This document shows positions 61,537-64,000 of a stretch of DNA of 64,000 nt, in pieces. The DNA lies in NCBI GenBank assembly GCA_963822945.1, contig CAWGJO010000035.1, forward strand, positions 1 through 64,000, in the 5' to 3' direction. Position numbers and translations under genes: made by a program. This DNA is from an uncultured Gemmatimonadaceae bacterium. GTDB lineage: Bacteria > Gemmatimonadota > Gemmatimonadetes > Gemmatimonadales > Gemmatimonadaceae. Every line of letters begins with the position of its first letter. Position 1 is the first letter of the stretch. The notes beneath the pieces were generated by a model, which saw only the letters and a program-made list of their open reading frames with translations, did not search any database and was not told the origin of the DNA.

Positions 61537-62346
61537 GTGGCAGCGCGCCGTGTGGCCGGGGTCGTGCGGCGCATCTTCCAGCGGTGCGCGCCCGCCACAT
61601 ATCTCGCACTCTCGTCGGCCCGCGCGCGCCGACACACCCACCGCATGTTCGCCGGCTGGGGATGCCCCGCCCTCAACGACGCGCTGGTCGCGCATCTCGG
61701 CCGCGAGGTGGTCGACGGCCCGTTCGCGGGGCTGCGGCTGCCGCCGCTCGCCTTCCGCGATCACATCGGCCCGTATCTCCTCGGCACGTACGAGCACGAG
61801 CTGCACGCCACCTGGCGGGCGCTCGAGCACGTTCGGTTCTCGACGATCGTCGACGTCGGTTCGCGCTTCGGGTTCTATGCCGTGGGGCTCGCCCGCCGCC
61901 ACCCACGCACGCCGGTGATCGCCGTCGATCCCGATCGCTGGGCGCGCGCTGCCACGCGCCAGATGGCGGCCGTGAACAACACGCCCCAGGTACACACGAT
62001 CCGCCGCCTGACCCCCGAACGGCTGGCGTCGATGCTGCCCGAAGATGCCCTCGTGGTGAGCGATTGCGAGGGATACGAACGCGTGCTCTTCGGCGGGCGG
62101 GAGATCCCCGCGCTGCGTTCGGCGACGATGGTGATCGAGACCCACGAGACCGAGTCGCCCGGCGTCGGCGAGGCGATCGTCGCGCGGTTCGCCCCCACGC
62201 ACGACGTGCAGCGCATCGCCTCCGATCCGGTGCTGCCGCCCGCGCCCGTGGACCTGTCGTTCCTCGATGCCGACGGCCAGCGATTGGCCGTCAACGAACT
62301 GCGCCTGCCGCAGGAGTGGCTGGTGCTGCGGCCGCGGCACGGGTGA
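61537..62346 (+). CDS. FkbM-like SAM-dependent methyltransferase
   Basis: 'LLGTYEHEL', 'VDVGSRFGFYAVG', 'SDCEGYE', 'VIETH'. Confidence 0.7.
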   Translation: MAARRVAGVVRRIFQRCAPATYLALSSARARRHTHRMFAGWGCPALNDALVAHLGREVVDGPFAGLRLPPLAFRDHIGPYLLGTYEHELHATWRALEHVRFSTIVDVGSRFGFYAVGLARRHPRTPVIAVDPDRWARAATRQMAAVNNTPQVHTIRRLTPERLASMLPEDALVVSDCEGYERVLFGGREIPALRSATMVIETHETESPGVGEAIVARFAPTHDVQRIASDPVLPPAPVDLSFLDADGQRLAVNELRLPQEWLVLRPRHG

Positions 62347-62353
62347 ACGCAGC

Positions 62354-62390
62354 AGGAGCCGCGGGCCTCGCACGGCCCGCGGCTCCTTTC
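62354..62390. terminator. Hairpin terminator between convergent genes
   Basis: AGGAGCCGCGGGCC-tcgcac-GGCCCGCGGCTCCT-ttc. Confidence 0.65.
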
Positions 62391-62415
62391 GATGCTGCGT
62401 TGGGACGGCGGACGA

Positions 62416-64000
62416 TCAGAAGCCGCCGGTGCCCCCCGTGAGCGGCGCCCCGTTGTTCACGCAGCGCTGGTGCGGATCGGCGGGCACGACGCCGTCCACC
62501 TTCACGCGGTGGTCGAGGTCCGCCACGTCCACTGCCACGTCGAACACCAGCTGACTGACGCGGGCCATGTGCGGATAGTCGATGTACTCGGGCTCGTCGG
62601 TCACCTGGTGGTAGTCGCCGTGGAGCCCCGTGGTGAAGAAGGTGATGGGGATGCCGTAGCGCGCATAGTTGTAGTGATCGCTGCGGCAATAGATGTTGTC
62701 GGCCTGCCCGGGCGCGTCGTACCGGTAGTCGAAGGTGAAGGGCATCTTCTCCGTCTTGTTCACCGATTCGACCATGTCGCCCAGTTCGGTGGACAGGCGG
62801 TGCGAGCCGACGAGCTGCAGATACGTCGGACTGCCCACCGGCAGATCGCTCGCGTCGCCGCGGCCGTCCATGTCGATGTTGAGCTGCGCGACGATCGAGT
62901 CACGCGGCACGGTGGGATGGTCGGTGAACCACGACGATCCCCAGAGTCCCTTCTCCTCACCCACGTGCCAGACGAAGATGATCGACCGCTTGGGCTTCAC
63001 CGGGCCCTTGGCGAACGCCTCGGCAATCTCGAGCACGCTCACCGAGCCCGACCCGTCGTCGTCGGCGCCGTTGCTGATCGAGTCGCGACGCACGGGGCGC
63101 AGCTGGCGGACGCTGTCGAGATTGATGTGGATGTTCGCGAGCGCCTGCTCCTGCTCGGCCGTCGGGCGTTCGCCGCGGGCCAGCATGCCGGTGATCGCGT
63201 AGCGGGCGGCGTTGTAGAGGTGGAGCGAGTCGTGATCCACCGGCGGTCCCTGGCGGATGCCGATATGATCGTTGTGGGCGCCGATGGCCACATACTCGCC
63301 GCGCAGCGCCGGATCGGAGCCTCGCAGGATGGCCACGACGTTGCGGGCCGGCGCCGGCTTCTCCACGTAGCGTGGATTGCCGCTCACCGTCTTGCCGACC
63401 ATGCCCTTGGTGGCCCGCGCCACCGGCACGCCGAGCAGCACCTGCGCCGCGTGCGCGCTGATGGTCAGGTTGGCTGCGGTCTCGGGCGCCGGCGCCGTAT
63501 CCGGGTTCTTGAAGATCACGTTGCCCGGGCGCGGGCGCGCCGCGCGAACTGCCGCCGTCCACGCTTCGCCGGTTTCCACCGTGGCGATGCCGGCCGCCTC
63601 GGCCAGGGGGTTGGCGCCACCGCGCCCACGGCCCCGGAAGCCGAACCCGCGGCCCCGGCCACGCTGGCCCGGCCGCGCCGTCAGGATCACCAGCTTGCCG
63701 CGCACCTGGTCGGCGGTGAGCTCGTGGACCGTATCGCCCTGTTCGCCGCCGAAGATCACCTGCGCGCCGTCGATGCTCCGCGGATCGCCGCCCCGGCCCG
63801 GCGTGGCGACGAAGTCGCTGAACGCCGCCAGCCTCACGCCGCCCACCGAGAGCGCCGAGTTGGGATCGAGCGAGCGCTGGAAGACAGGCAGATTCTGGAA
63901 GTAGGTGCCGTTGTCGCCCGCCGGTTCGAGCCCCATGGCCTTCACCTGCGCGGCGATGTACGCCGTGCTCTTCAGGTGGCCGATGGTGCCCGTCTCGCGC
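62416..64000 (-). CDS. M28 family peptidase (5' end outside window)
   Basis: 'IGAHNDHIG', 'NGADDDGSG', 'GEEKGLWGS', 'NIDM', 'RSDHYNY', 'HGDYHQVTD'. Confidence 0.92.
   Translation of the reverse strand, partial: RETGTIGHLKSTAYIAAQVKAMGLEPAGDNGTYFQNLPVFQRSLDPNSALSVGGVRLAAFSDFVATPGRGGDPRSIDGAQVIFGGEQGDTVHELTADQVRGKLVILTARPGQRGRGRGFGFRGRGRGGANPLAEAAGIATVETGEAWTAAVRAARPRPGNVIFKNPDTAPAPETAANLTISAHAAQVLLGVPVARATKGMVGKTVSGNPRYVEKPAPARNVVAILRGSDPALRGEYVAIGAHNDHIGIRQGPPVDHDSLHLYNAARYAITGMLARGERPTAEQEQALANIHINLDSVRQLRPVRRDSISNGADDDGSGSVSVLEIAEAFAKGPVKPKRSIIFVWHVGEEKGLWGSSWFTDHPTVPRDSIVAQLNIDMDGRGDASDLPVGSPTYLQLVGSHRLSTELGDMVESVNKTEKMPFTFDYRYDAPGQADNIYCRSDHYNYARYGIPITFFTTGLHGDYHQVTDEPEYIDYPHMARVSQLVFDVAVDVADLDHRVKVDGVVPADPHQRCVNNGAPLTGGTGGF

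Overview
High-GC bacterial chromosomal window. Gene content and repeat style suggest Gemmatimonadota (inference). It holds about 60 densely packed CDSs and no recognisable rRNA, tRNA, CRISPR array or transposase. Many core genes (lptF, lptG, mlaE, mlaD, ctaA, acs, iorB-like, acnA) carry frameshifts, most likely long-read indel errors. Housekeeping content: LptFG/MlaED, ctaA/ctaB, hemDCB-ppa, acs, an iorAB-like molybdoenzyme, DsbA-VKOR, psuG, acnA, aguBA, several peptidases and two MscS channels. Most interesting observations: (1) a six-gene coupled cluster (DUF92, FAD oxidoreductase, flavin reductase, methyltransferase, TcmN-like aromatase, KAS-II ketosynthase) that looks like a type II replacement of the usual type III PKS module; (2) a secreted peroxiredoxin-like selenoprotein (TKG-UGA-T plus a SECIS-like hairpin); (3) acs framed by inverted arrays of 16-bp repeats with perfect 16-bp outer ends; (4) an apparently catalytically dead AdoMetDC homolog next to a stand-alone cNMP-binding protein; (5) a CoxII-transmembrane-only microprotein heading the heme A/O synthase operon; (6) a patatin-ferredoxin fusion; (7) an orphan LIV-type binding protein coupled to a chemoreceptor; (8) a family of 7/8-mer tandem arrays at gene ends.
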